A stretch of DNA of 64,000 nt from assembly GCF_964355755.1 (NCBI RefSeq), contig NC_092671.1, positions 7,874,001 to 7,938,000 of the forward strand, written 5' to 3'. Position 1 is the stretch's first letter, and the number at the start of each line of letters is the position of its first letter. Both the position numbers and the translations under genes were made by a program. The DNA comes from Antedon mediterranea (taxonomy: Eukaryota; Animalia; Echinodermata). The notes under the pieces are model-generated. The model searched no databases. It was not told the DNA's origin and worked only from the letters and a program-made list of their open reading frames with translations. Of this stretch, positions 1 through 15,070 are shown in pieces.

Positions 1-3000
1 AGACACGATAACAAATGAAACAAATTAAGGGAAAAGAGAGGAGATGTTATAACACATTTAGGTGAAACACCCCCCCCCAACCCCCACAAAAAAAAAACAG
101 GATGGAATGAGAAACATTGAGGAGAGGACACCAGGAACAGCTTGAATTAAACAAAATGGCAAGTTCTTTTCAGATGAAAATCGGTCACCCTACATTAAAA
201 TTCATTATTTAAAACAATTTATTTTATGGTAAATTGTAAAATAGGTAACTAACAATTAAAACTAATTTATTATAACTATAAAAATTGCCACGTATTTTTA
301 AGTACTGCATAACATTAAGACTGTTTGTATTTATACAATAATATTATACCTCATTTTAATATAATAGCGAAATAAACCTAGGACTTGAATAATTAGGTAA
401 ACGATCAAATTATTTTTATGTCTGAGATATTATGTAGTAGGCCCAATACATAATTCGATGCACTAAGTACTGTACGTACAATTTAAGTTGAATTTAATAA
501 GTGGTATGCTTTTGTTGATGGAAATTAAAAATGACATACTGATTATATAAGATTACAACAGCTTAGCCTTATTAAAATAAAGATATAATTTCCATTAAAG
601 GATTTAAGCTATTGGAATTATTCAGGAGGAATATCCACGTTTATGATATAGGTTGTCATTTCAATTCTACATAGGCCTACAGTTTTAAATGGAAACTATG
701 CTGGGCTTCAATTATTAAACTATTTAAAATGTTCTTTAAAAAAAAACAATGTAAAGGCATAACAGCTGTACTCGTGCAAAAGTCCTAGCGACATAATATT
801 TGAACAAAACATGTTTCGTCTAATTGCAAACTCCCATTTAATTTTGACTGATTTTTACCCACGGATTTCTACGTTTACATGCAATATCTGTTTTCGTCAA
901 CATGTTTGTAATATTTGTCTAGTTATTAGAACTTTAACTAAATGAATGAAAAAATTTATGATGAAAACAATAAGCTTCTAACATTCAAATAGGACTTTAG
1001 GCCTATCACTTTCGCACCACTCCCTCACCACCAATATCACCCAGTTCAGAGCCCGCTTGCACACACATTACAACACTGTTTCCTGTTATAAAAATGATAG
1101 ACAATTCGTAATTATCTTAAAATGAAATAAAATAGATGAAAACAACATGCATCGGGATCCAAATTGTAATATTCGAGGAACATTCTACCAGAGCTTTTGT
1201 ATTAAACAAAGAGGGCGTTAGTCCTTCTTTTCTAAAGTTGCTCTTTTATTTGGAGTCGTATTACAGTATTGGACTTTTGCAAATACTGAACAACTTCGAT
1301 TATAACACAGAAACAGACAATAACGTATATATTTTATACAATTGTGAAGTGTAATTCATACAATTTTTATATAAAATTATGAAAAATCATAATGTTATAT
1401 TGTTTTATTAGTTTCATTAGAGTTTTTATTTTATAGTTTTTATATTTGTTACTACTACAATACAGCCCTATTTAATGTATACAATAGCATATAATGTAAA
1501 TTATTGGAATTAAATCTCCAGTTTAGAAAGGGAAAAGATATAGTAAATGTGACATTGTTATGCTTTTAGGCGTATATTTAAAGTTATTCAATGTTTTATC
1601 ACAAGACATTTCCATGTGTGGTCTATTTAACCACCATTGCATATTCAAAATCAGACTGAAACCGAACCAGAAAATAGGCCTAACAAGGGTTTAAAGTTCA
1701 TTGACCATTCAGTCAATGACTCACTTTGTTATTACATATTGAAACTGAACTCATATTTATTCAAGAAACATTAATAACTTATGCATATTGATGATCACAC
1801 TTTTTTGTGTGTAAAGAACCGAACCAAAATTATTTAGTTAAATAAATTACAATATTTGGCTATTCATTATGAAAAAATAAGATTATTAAAAACATTACAT
1901 ACAGTACATAAGTAGAAATGAAAAATGGTATTGGTACAAACTAAAATTCACTAGCTTTTAATTAAGTTTAAGACCTACAATGTGATAACATAGGCGATAT
2001 GTTTATATTATATTATATTTTTGTTAATAATTAAGTAATTAATGATTAATTAAGTACTATGTATTTATTAGTCCTAAATAATAAGAATTCGGATTTGAAT
2101 GTCAGTGAGTCATTGTTGACGATATCTAGCTATTTATGCGATTTGTTTCTAATAATAATAATTAACAGTAGGCCTAACATTGTTCAGATTTTACCTTTTT
2201 TTTGTGAATTAGAATTAGCGTGATGTCAACTTTCTGTTATATATAAACACATTTAATAGAATCATTTATCGATTTTACTTTAAAAAACCCACATTTAAAC
2301 ATCGTCATCTTATTTTATATTCGAATTTATGATCTAAATCCCACCGTGTGAAAAAACGCCTTTATACCAGATTAAAGGCATGATAACGATTGTGTGGTAT
2401 AGAAAAACTATTCATGCAGTTAGAAAATTACAATTCATTTTTTTGAATGGATCAATTAAAAGAATTAATTATTTCTAAATCTAACAATGAAAATTTATGC
2501 AAATAAGGTACTATTCGATTCAATGCACCATTTGAGTCAATTGTTGTTGAAAATTATCGAAATTATATAATTCCAGATGTAAACTGTTGAATGCTGGTCA
2601 ACTTATCACATTATACTGATACTTATAATAATGATAAAACAGAGAGAAAGTAGGGCCTAAAGCACCTAGCAATACATGTACGACAAAAGGTTATATTATT
2701 CACATATAAACTATTTCATACGAAACGGTAAGGATGAAAACAAATCTTCGAGAATAGAAATAAAAAAGAAATAAAAATAGTGATAGAAAAGAGATAGTGA
2801 GAAATATATAAAAAAAAACTAAAACTTGTAAAAGAATAGGAATTCTGGAAAATATAAAAATTAATCGAGAGTTCAAATGATTGCTGTTGTCTATAATACT
2901 TATATTTCTCGGTGGTCCTTTTATAAGGACAAGTTTAGAGGTTTTGAATAGATGGCTAGGCCTAGTTGAAATAAAGAAATATCAATGCAGTTCTATAGTT

Positions 3001-6000
3001 GATATTACAAAATAAAAATTCAAAATGTTTACACTGTCGTCGTCGATGAATTAATCTAAAACCACCTCGAGGCAGATTAGGCTATAGTAGCAATATGAAT
3101 GCCTAAAGGACGCAAAACGGATCATTAAATTTATATGGCTTTCTATTGCTAAAATGTCTATACCTCGTAATTAATTCCACTAAATTAAAATCCACAATTT
3201 ATCTTATATTTGAAAGGGGAATTTAGTAATTTGTACATGTTTTTGTATTAGATAGAATATATTAATCGATGGTTACGGTGCTTATTCATTGCTGTCTTAC
3301 TGTTCATTCTTCGACCGTAATACACTTTTAATTAGTATTCGTTATTCTTAACAATACAATACTCCCTCAGCTAACCTATATAGTTAGGAAATATTGCAGA
3401 CTTAATTTAGTTTTACATAATCAATTCCCGCATTACGCACCTGTTCAACATAGGTGGCGCTATACTAATATTGTAAATGTTTGCTGGGGTGTTGTTAGCG
3501 ACCCTCGTAACTTAGTTACACTAGAAGATAGTGAAATAAAGATATTGATAAGATACCGGCAGTAGTTATACGTTATTAGGTACCGTTATGGTTATTGGAA
3601 TGGGAGATAATTACCCAAAGCATCTAAATATAGGTATATATTAGTTATAATCGTTTCTCGTACGTCATTATAATGAGTGTCCAACACAATACCGTGCATT
3701 TATCATGGTAAAACACTCCTTTGCATTTTCCTGTTAATACAAAAATACATTTCATAAGAAAATGAAAATAGGCCTACACTGACTTTCCATTAAATAATAC
3801 ACGTAGTAAGGGTATGTATGCTCAATTCAATAATTCTAAGATAACCTATAATAAATAAAATTATTATCATGTTACAATTTTAAAACTTTTTTTTTCAAAA
3901 TACAAAATTTCGTAAAGAATATATTACTATGCTACTTTGTTAAATCAACGAAAGTTTTCTTTAAAAAATAATTGATTAATATCTTTTTAAAGATAAAGTT
4001 TGTTTTCGTCGATAGGGGGCGCTATGCTGGTTCAACAAGATTTAGGAAAATAATAAGTCAAATGATTACTGTATTTATTAAATGCAAGCTTAGAAAAATC
4101 AGTTGTAAGCATATACAATGTGATATAAATAACAGAAGAGAAATAATTAAACTTTTTGTAAACAAACTAACGAAACAAATGGTAACCTTCACTTTAGGTC
4201 TTCTCATTTCCATTTATTACCTCTTAGTTATGACTAAAAGTGTTTGCAATGTTTTGGCGGTCTTCTTTGAAGTTTGCTTTTCAATTCAATCAAGAATCAT
4301 AAAACAAAATGACAATTACAAGACAACTAGTAAAGCTCAATGCAGGATACTACAACCGATTCAATTAATAATCATTTCCTTTAGTTTTGACTGAATACCG
4401 CCGATCGCACTTTGTCAATGGTGTATGGTTTTTGTATTTTAGGGAATCCCTTTGACATCAAACTGCCGAGTAGGCCAAAGGCCACACACAATTTTACACT
4501 CTAGACCGCTAAATTAAAAACACAACTTAATGTATTATTACGTCAACACACGCTTTCATATCGATTTGATCATGGATGTTTTACCTACATCATTTAACTG
4601 AGGCCTTAAAAAATCTAATGTTAATAATAATAATGTGACCGAAAAATAAAGAAATAAAAGAAACTTATATCAACAGTGTTAGATAGTATATAAGTTGACA
4701 TTGATTAATTCATATTTATTCATTAAAATTTAAATTATTTATTTATAATTACTGTTTTTTTAATCATATAAATGGTCTATGGGTGATGGAATGTACAACA
4801 TAACCATAAACACATATTAAGGTATATGCCTAAATATATACATAATCTAATTCTAAGCAGGAACACTTATATTTAGTATTAGTATATCGTTAAAATGTTA
4901 TAATGAAACTGTGAAAGTTTTTGGGCAATTGTGTAAGGCTAAACAATATCCCGTTTTCTGCATCTTTTGTTATTACAATAAAGATTAAATTGTATAAATA
5001 TTAGACTCCGTTATAATACACTATGCACACTATATCCATAGGCTTACATTACATATAAAACATTGAATTCGTAAGTACTGCTATGTACTTGTTGTTTGTA
5101 CTTTTTGGAATCGTAGATCAAAATAGATCACTTAAATAAACGCTGAGGGGAATCGGAAGGATTAAACAGTCGTCCACTCCATCGAATTAGTAGGCTATAT
5201 TATACTAAATAGGCTGATTGGTCACTCGGAAAAGAAGAACAGTCAAAAAAAATTTGACTTAAGTGTCCAGTTCTTCCTCTTTTTGATAACATGTCTAATT
5301 TATCTGATTGAACTAATTGAATCAGTGTTTAGTCATAAGAGAACATAGCCGCTTTAAAGTAACTAGAAATTCACAAATCACTTATCGTATTAAATTGAAA
5401 TAATTAACTACACACCTTCGTACTTATATACTATTATAAATCGTAATTAGTATAGTTAAGGTAGTTGATGATGTCTATTCGTACGTGTATAGCATTCACG
5501 TCACAACACTGGTAATAAATGAACACAAATAAGAAGATAAAAAAATTATTTAAAAAATTTTAAATTTATACAATTTCACATTATGTAATTTACACATAAA
5601 TGTATATAACTTATATAAATCAAAATACCAAATGTTTATATTTATAACTCGCAAGAAATAAAACTAAAATTAAGTGACTTTAAAAACATGGTATAAAAAA
5701 ACTAATATATATTTTTAATTTATATTATTACAACTACACCTTACTCGTCATTATAGATTTAGGCCTACGTATCTTTTTCTGGTGGATACCTTACAGTTCC
5801 TATTTGGTCACCAGCCACACATTTCTCTTAAATATATGAATGTATATTTATATGATGTTTATTGTAAACTAATTACTTTATTATTTGTGGAAATCAATAA
5901 AAAAAACAATAACAAATGTAAAACCAAGTTTTATGTTGAAATGAATATTTAATACAAATATAGGCCTAATATTATGAACTTTGAACTGTTTCAAAAACTT

Positions 6001-8532
6001 TGAACAGTTTTTAAAATATAAACGTTAAAATTAAGTTAAAGCTGTTTTAAATAAAAAGAAATGAATGCTCTTTAGCTGTTATTGATATATATTAACCGAA
6101 TTAATCGAAATTTGATTGACACAAAATAAAAACAAATGGTACGGTTAAACTACTAGAATCCCAATACTACATTTTATATCGCTATTGTCACTAGTGTGTA
6201 TGACATAAGATACAAATATTAAAAAGTAGGCCTACTATTGCTAAATATTGTAGGGCCTACTCTACATATCAAATATGACGTTAACAAGGTTAACACTTAT
6301 TATTGTTCTAATATTAGTATAATGGTACAAATTGTCGTTATAATGTCATTAAAATCTATCATGTCATTTAGGATCCTCACTTTATCATTTATCATGTCAC
6401 TATTTATAGTGTGTGGGACCCAACACACAATATTAACAAGTAGGCCTAGTATTGTTAAATATTGTAAAAATCAAATTTGACACATAACGTAAAGATTAAA
6501 ACTGAAATAATTCTAATATAAGCATTAAAATCTATCATATTATTATCACAACTATCATCATATTAACAGTCGTTGTGCCAATCGCCCTCCTACCTTTACC
6601 AACAAGTTTCCATTATTGATATCATTACTATGGTAACCTATAATTCATCTTTTAGAAAACATGTAAAAAAGACACAGAATCAGTACTTCTTTTCAATTGT
6701 AAACATTTAAACATATTCAATAACAAACGTTGGAATTTAAGAATATCAATAAAATCTTCGGTGCTTATAAGGTACTAACATACGAGGGCAAGTATTGATA
6801 ATGAAAGATCCATAAAGTCAGTCGGTAAACGCTGAAAAGATTAACTCATGGAAGATGTAAAGTGCCGACAAAGTATATCTACTACCTACCACCACGTAAG
6901 CTACTAGCACCTGGGTATCTTAAAAGAATATTGCAACTATTAAATTCGCTAATGAGATGGTCGACATTGTAGAAAATGCTATCTTTTTTCTATTTTTCGG
7001 CAACTTTGATTTGAAAAACTTGTTTTTACAATGGGCCTAAGGCAACAACAAGCCTATCTCCTTGTATCTTGAACCTCTTTTATATTATTTTCTAAAAAGT
7101 ATAAATTTGAGCCGATAAAAGGTATTGTACGACAATCAATAACAACGTACAGTAAACCATCTTTATTGTGATTGAAGAAAATATTGTTCCACTGAAGTTT
7201 CATTGCAACGAGTGGACTAATGGTATGAACATGATACCACAACATGTTGTTACATTAGCATGTATATTTATGGATAGAATCTCGACATTATAATTAGTAA
7301 TGTTTGATAAACACAGTGAATCATATCGTTAAAGCTATTATACGACATATTAAAGAATACTCGTTAATTTCTAAGTATGATTTTAACGCGTGGCTATGAA
7401 ACTTCTCTTAAAAATTAAACAGTGGATGTAAAGATAAAGCAAGATTTTCATTATGGCATAAAAGTAAAATGTTCATTTGGATCAATAAGGTCGAAGCCAT
7501 CAAAATTTAATACTTGCCATAACTTCCTCATATTTATAAGAACAACTAATCGGAAGTCATGGTAAATTTGTTCATTGGCGATCGAGATGATTGTAACACA
7601 AAAAACATTTCGGATGAATACTATGTTTTGTTACAAGAATTACAAAATGTTTCACCAATATCTTCTTGCATTGTATTTTCGTATTAGTTGAACCGACACG
7701 GTAAGTCTCATTTATATTTCCATCGTTTACTTTATGTCATATTTAATATTTACATTATTATGGATCAGACTAGTTAACAACTTGCTTTTATATAAAACTC
7801 ATTGAAACAGAATTCTGCAAACAATCACACCAGATATGGCTATGTTAGGGTATCACTGAAACTTAATTGAAAACAGAGTGTTTTATGCAAACAATTTACT
7901 AGTATCGAAGGCCTACAACTTCAACAAATATTTTCAGAAAATCTATTGTTTCATATGCCAAACCTCTTTCAAATAGTAAGGAACATACTTTATGTTGCTA
8001 TATTAGACACATATATTTTGTTTTCACTTGTTAGAACCCATTGCCAGTGACATTTGTATAATTATTCGCTTCATGGCAAATCATATTTCAATACATTTAT
8101 ACTGACAAGTTTCGCATTGATGACCTGAACTAAGTTACTTTAGATTTGGCAACTATTTTTAGACTCATTTTCTGGAGACAAAACAACATCTTTAAATCAT
8201 ACAATTAGAGCAAATATAACAACTTTCTAGCTGCCACAGACAAAATGTTTTTAATGTGCAGCAAATCAAAAGTAAAGTATCTATTCCAACCGAAACGCTG
8301 ATCTATTTTCATCATTGCTCTTGTGAAAAATTAACAATATCGAACGCTGTAACGAAATTTCAAAAGCGGCCGGACTTAGGCAAAGATTGTTAACCAAATC
8401 AAAGGTGTCAGTAAAACATGTTTTAAAATAAACAATATTGTCAATGGTCAAGATACATAAGTCTTCACTTTGTCAACCAGTTCAAATTTCTAAAATATTA
8501 ATTTATTTGTTTAAATTTTAAAAATAAATTAA

Positions 8533-8926
8533 ATAAGGAAAGATATGATAAATGATTATAGTGAATAATCATAACAAAATATTTCATAAGCTCATAGGCC
8601 TATCAATCGCTAATTCTAACCTAATTCTAACAAGTTTGTAATATTGCTAAATGTAATGTTTACCTATACATTAGGCCTATATCTAATTTTACATGGCACT
8701 ATATTATACCATTATTTCTTTTACTTTAGTATTATTATTATTTATTTCACTTAAGTTGAAAAATAAATGTAATAAGGAAAGATATGATAAATAATCATAA
8801 CTAAATATTCCATAGGCTCATATCCATCGCTAATTCTAACAAGTTTGTAATAAATGTATTGTATTGTTTACCTGTATTATATCTAATTTTATATGGCACT
8901 AATATATCATTATTTCTTTTACTTTA
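8533..8926. repeat. Diverged tandem duplication (about 8533-8728 vs 8771-8926)
   Basis: Colinear shared blocks AATAAGGAAAGATATGATAAAT, ATCGCTAATTCTAAC, ATATCTAATTTTA.ATGGCACTA and CATTATTTCTTTTACTTTA. Confidence 0.85.
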
Positions 8927-11635
8927 AAAAAAAGTAATTAACATTAACACAAACAAAAGGAAAAGAGATAAGTTCGGTTGCATTCATACAGCCATTTGAC
9001 CATTCATAACATAGGACAGTGGGTCCTTCAGCCTATGGTTTAAAATGTAAATGAACATATTATAGTCATTTATTACTACAAAAAACATGTTTTCTAAGCA
9101 ATTGGAATATTTCTATTTAATATAGAATAATGGGAGCCCAATTCTATATTTAGGTATTTTATACAGATCCAATAATACTACTGTATACTCAGTATAAATA
9201 TGAACAACAACTACAAGTGTGTTTGGTCGTGTTCAAAAAGAAAAATGTTTTAATACTAAAACAGTTGAAATTCACAAAATACAATTTTCATATAATTTTA
9301 GGTGATTGTTGAGTTTATATTACCGGTACTTATAGAAACCTACAGAACATTGTTAACTCACTAAAATTCTTATTCTGAATTTACAAATTATTTTTTGTAC
9401 TCTTTCTCCATCCCAAAATAATCCTACCAATCCATAGCATGGTTTTAGAAAGGAAGAAAAAAAAGCAACTCATCTAATTAAACAAATGAATTATGAAATA
9501 GATAATAAAATATCTCGGGAATGAAATTTCGACTGCAAAAATGTTGAATACAATAGATGGAATTTGAAACACAACAGAGGTTGTGTGTATATGTACACAT
9601 ATAGTCTTTTTATTGTAAGTATGTTTCTGGAATATGGATGTTATATATTGAAATAAATGTTTAATCAGTATTATAGAAAACAATTACAATAACTTTATCT
9701 ATATAAGTGATATTAACTAAAAGAAAATAGAAATTAATGATATAGTTGATTCGTTGGTATTCGACTTGAAATTAAATTACGCCAGCACAATAATCCAATA
9801 TTATAATTGCATCTGTTTTTTAAAGATAACATTGACAATTTTTTTCAAAATCGTTTCAGACTCAAATTATGAAAATAATGTATCTTTAGGCCTATGTACT
9901 GTATGTTTATACATTAATTGTTGATTAAAATAAAATCCCGTGTATATTCGAATGGGGACATGTAGATCTATATTTGATCTTTTGGATTTAAATCACACTA
10001 TTCATTGTTAAATATTTAAGTCTTAACCTCAAATGTGGGCCACTCATTTCTTGATATTCTATAAGACGAAATTCCGTTCTGCCAGGCATTTAGTTTCCAA
10101 GGGTTAGAGTTAAGTTATCCTTATGTAGAGTTTCATTGGCAAGTGATGACATATAATGATAGAAGTTTACTCCCAAATTTTAAGATGTATTTTTCTCTGA
10201 AAATGACCACAAAACTATCAGAAAGTATACTTGTTAATTGACCAACCAATTTGAGAAAACATGAAATTACTAAAATCTTAGAGTCCAAGAAAAAAATCAC
10301 TTTAACGCGACTTAGATTTCAGCCGTATGGTAATATTCATTCATTCGTTTATTTGTTCAAAATCATTGTCTTGTACACAAGACAACATTCAACTGAAATC
10401 AAGTAAAATTATTATTTATTCATTTTCAAAATAACAGTTACATGTAAGCAAGTGAGGGGGAAAAATTAAAGACGTAAAAAGCTTGGGCTGCTCAGAAACA
10501 GAACGAATTATACTTAACAATATTATTCCGAAACGGCATTCCTCAAAGAATACATTAAACAAGTAATTATTTTAATATAAATGTAAAGATATGGTATTGA
10601 TTCTTATTCGTAGATATTATTAATGTAGTAATATTACATTTTTAGGCTGTACAAAGGTTATTCGATTCAGTAAGGTGACAACAAAAACAGGTGCATTTTG
10701 ATTTCACCTTGTTGGCAGATGGACTTATAACTCAAATCTCTCTGAGTTACCATTATACAAAGTGTCATTAAATACAAATCAATAGAAACAATAAGATTTA
10801 ACCATGATCTGAGCAGTAATGACAATCCCTAACATAATTTAAGAAAACAGTACTTTCTCTATCAATTTGTTTGGGATTGTAGGCTACATTTAATTTCTAC
10901 CATATATATATCAAGTAACAAAAAAAGTGTCGTTGTAAGGAACACACAACAATAACGTATAGAACAATTGAATATAAAAGTAAAATGAAGTAGAGCTATA
11001 GTAAATAGTATATCGTGCCTAATTTAAAGTAAAAATATACAGAAAAGAAATTCAGATAAACAAAAAAAAGTAAATGTTAAAATAACAATGATATACATGC
11101 ACAACACAATAATAAATACCAGTGTTTCTTTTTTTAAAACGAGAACAGAATTTCAGAACGAAAAATAACTTATTTTATTAAAGACCATTAAATAAGCAAT
11201 TGAATGAAAGATTCAATTGAACTGTTATCTGTTATTCCAATGTTTAGGCCTATCATTATTATTTTGTGAGATCAAATTCGTACCTCAAAAAGTAAATAAT
11301 TATAAGAAGTCTCAACCAATGGTCTACGTGGCAGTTCATATTTTACGGCATGCAATTCGTACTATTTTGATGATTGTTACTGATTAATAATATATGATAA
11401 TACATCATTATTTTTGTCAATAATTACTAATCTCATATCTTGTCTCTCAATCCTTAGAATTGCTATGAAGTGACGAGTTATATTTTTAGTATGATCACCG
11501 ATAATCCACCGATACTTATTACAACCGCCTCGGGCTGATGAATTGAGAGTTAATGACGGCTGGATGATGGGTTGACAGTCAAGATGTTAATAAACTTTTC
11601 CCCTTGTAAGTGTTTTATTAATTATGTAAATTATA

Positions 11636-11948
11636 TTATGTAAATAATAATAAAAATAAATAGTTTGATATGATATTCAAGCATTTGGTTGTTTGCTTAC
11701 ACAATAAAATATTATTAATAAAAAAATGATATTTATAATATACGACTATCAATGATTTTGAAGATTTTTAGAAACTTTTTTTGTATGAATAGTTATGTAA
11801 ATAATAATAAAAATAAATAGTTTGATAATGATATTCAAGCATTTGGTTGTTTGCTTACACAATAAAATATTATTAATAAAAAAATGATATTTATAATAAG
11901 GACTATCAATGATTTTGAAGGTTTTTAGAAACTTTTTTGTATGAATAG
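11636..11948. repeat. Recent tandem duplication, about 157-bp unit x2
   Basis: 11636-11792 and 11793-11948 are nearly identical (TTATGTAAATAATAATAAAAATAAATAGTTTGATA...TTTGTATGAATAG). Confidence 0.95.
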
Positions 11949-13047
11949 GCCTTATTTTAAATGTTTAAAAACTAAAAGTTATATTAAATGTAATACACAG
12001 TCTCATGCCATAAGTCAGATTTTTCATGTTTGTTCAGCATTCTTGCTACTGTATTACGATATTGTAATGCGCTTACTTCGAAGAAAACATGATTGAGACC
12101 AATAAGTGCATTTGTTTTTCGATACAACGTATTTGTCTATGTAGTACCATACATTTTAATTTGATTCCAATGTCTATAATAAGCCTAAAACTCGCCTATA
12201 ACTCCAATTCTTTTCATCTATAGGCTAGACGAAGTCTGTCTGATAACAGCAACGAATGAAACAAACACAGTTCATTTTTTTTTGTGATGAAATGATTGTT
12301 GGTATATTGTTTTATATTTGTATAGACCAGGCCTATGATTGCTTTATTTTAATGTGTATATAACATTGCTATATTTTCTATAGTTTGATTTTGATAATCG
12401 TTTACTTTAAAAAGATCAGTTTTTGTTTAGCCATATTGGTCTATATAAATGGTTGGCCGGCGGTCAAGTTGATGCTGAGTATTTCATACATCGTATGTCT
12501 TCAATTTTTCTAGGCCCGTGTCATAAAGCACAAGAATATTTCTGTATTTGCTGCTAATAATTCATCGATTATTCATAACACAATTATGATAAAAAATTTA
12601 ATAGAAAGATGTGTTTTAAGAAAATAGAACAATAGAAAGTAGAATACTAGAAATCTGTTTAGTGCATTCAAATGTGTAACTTTATTTTTATTTAATCTTT
12701 TTATTATAACTCTAATAATGCACGGTGGTGTGTGGCTTAAAAACAAGTTAAGCACTAGAATTAGGTTTGTTATTGATAAAGTGAATAAAACATTCATGTT
12801 CTTTTTAATATGTAAATTTAATGTTAAATATTGTTTTGTAACCTGGGTATAATAAAAGATGTAAATTCCATAGGTACATATTTGACTTTTATTTAGTAAT
12901 TTAAGTTGCTTCCAAATTAACAATTGAATAGATATAAAATATAAAAAAATGAATGTTCAATTATTCATAAACATTTTTAATTTAGTAATAATAACATAAT
13001 ACTAATTATATCATTAATCGCAGGTAACAATGAATGATTTGTATATA

Positions 13048-14381
13048 TAAATATTATTATTTTGTTTCATATTCAAGAACAGCCGGTTATATCGATGTAC
13101 CGACCGCTACATTGACTATCGATGGAACTTTCCAGCTGCCTGGTATACGGTTAACGGGCTTGAGTAAACGGTTACAATTTTGACAATAATAGCTTCTCGA
13201 TCGTATACTACTACTTTATCTTTTTTTTTCTGAAACTAAGTGAACAAGAGATTGATGAAATAATATAATTAAAATATTAAATTATATTTAATACGTAAAT
13301 ATGCATATTTATGTTGTACGAAAGTCGCCCGCAATATATTAGGGAGATTATTATATTTTCATCATGTAAAACGTTTGATACGCTATAAAGAAATAAAGAT
13401 TAATTTAAATTAGATCACAAAAAAGTTCAATTTCAAGTTAATAACACTCACTATATAGAAATATATCATGACATAATTCATACCGTACCACCGTTCAAAC
13501 CCAGGCTAACCAGATTCCACTGGCATGGACTATTCAGGAAGAAGGGTCCACCTAAGTGCTAGGCCTAAATCCTTAATATTATAGTAAGTTAACGAAAAAA
13601 GAATATTAACCTTAATTTCAATTATACTACAACAACTTATCCGATGTTTAATAACATTTTGAGTATATAGATATTATTAAAATAAAAAAGAAACATGAAC
13701 GATTTCTACAAAAACTTATATTAAACAACGGACTTTGGTTTTGGCCTAGCCGTACCAGTGAGTACATTGAAGTATAAGTATAAATGTTTGGTTATAACAC
13801 TTTTAATACTCTAATATTAATAGTATATTGAGACCTAGCTAGTACTCTCATATTTATTATTGTCCCAAGATATCATCATCATCAGGATTGTTGTTAATGG
13901 GAGCTAAATGCATGAAAACGAATGGTTCATTGTAATAGTTTACGGGACATTGGTTTTTATTAAGTTCGGTGTATTCGATTCCATGATCCGAAAGATTACG
14001 ACGATATACAGTGTCTACAAGTTGTAAACGAGAACACAAAATGATTTTACATACTATACTTAACCAGATGCTAATAAGGTTAATATAATTATAGGCATAA
14101 TTAATTATATAATTTTAAAATAATTTAACGACTTTTCTAATGTGTTGACCCACGAATTAACCAATTAGGTCTATGGTGACATTTTGTTTTATAGATTTAT
14201 TTTACGTTACTGTATTATACTTCTTATGTATAGAGAGCCTACTGTACTGTGCTACGCATATTATACTCATTATATCATGTGCATGGATGGATTATAGTTT
14301 TTACTATCGATAGTCAATGTAGCGGTCGGTACATCGATATAACCGGCTGTTCTTGAATATGAAACAAAATAATAATATTTA
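13048..14381. repeat. Inverted repeat pair, 76 bp (13048-13123 and 14306-14381)
   Basis: 14306-14381 is the exact reverse complement of 13048-13123. Confidence 0.95.
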
Positions 14382-14984
14382 GTAGACTCAATTTTCTACC
14401 TCAAATTATAACAAAGCATAAGTGAATAAATCGATTGTCCATCTTTATAATATTATCATTTATAATAGAAATAAGCAACAATGATTTGATTATAATCATG
14501 AGGGAAGAATACTTATATCTCCATGTTATAATTAAGTGCGTATTGTAAAAACAATATGGAAAGGCAATCAAATTAGTTCTTCAAACACGTTTTACACTTT
14601 GATGTACCGCTGATGAGTTTTAAAATCACATGATATGTATGTTATTTTCATTTCCTAGATTACTAAATAAACAAATTGAAATCTTGTTTCAATGTTCAAA
14701 AGAAAAAATAATAATTTGTAGAATAATTATATAATTAATATACTATGAATTATATCGGTTTTATAAACATAAAAGAAAAGTTTCTGTTATTTTGCTGAAA
14801 GGCATAACTTTATGTCATTAATAGAGTTAACGTGCTTGTTGGTGTCTTGTCCTAGTCGGTGGTTCTCTTCTGATCCTTATAGGTAATTTACGGTAGGCCG
14901 TTAATTGGTGTCTTTGAGGAAGCGCCTAGTTAGTGTGTCTTCGATGTGTTTCACTATTCAAAACTCAAGCAAACATTCCTTTTG

Positions 14985-15070
14985 TTTCGTTGGTTGATCG
15001 CAATCACGTGACAGTTAGTGTGCAATAAACATGGGTGCATTCGATGAACTCTGTGAACTACTGACCAATA
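14985..15070 (+). promoter_or_regulatory. Candidate proximal promoter of the Hox11/13a-like gene
   Basis: E-box TCACGTGAC (15004-15012), TGAACT-n3-TGAACT-n2-TGACCA (15045-15067) and CCAAT (15065-15069), about 300-370 bp upstream of the ATG. Confidence 0.45.

Noticed and set aside
6760-8460. Higher-complexity stretch possibly derived from a decayed transposase or retroelement
   Set aside because: No long reading frame and no catalytic motif could be identified.
13857-14039. 60-aa minus-strand ORF with protein-like composition
   Set aside because: Short, non-ATG start, no clear splice sites or known motif.
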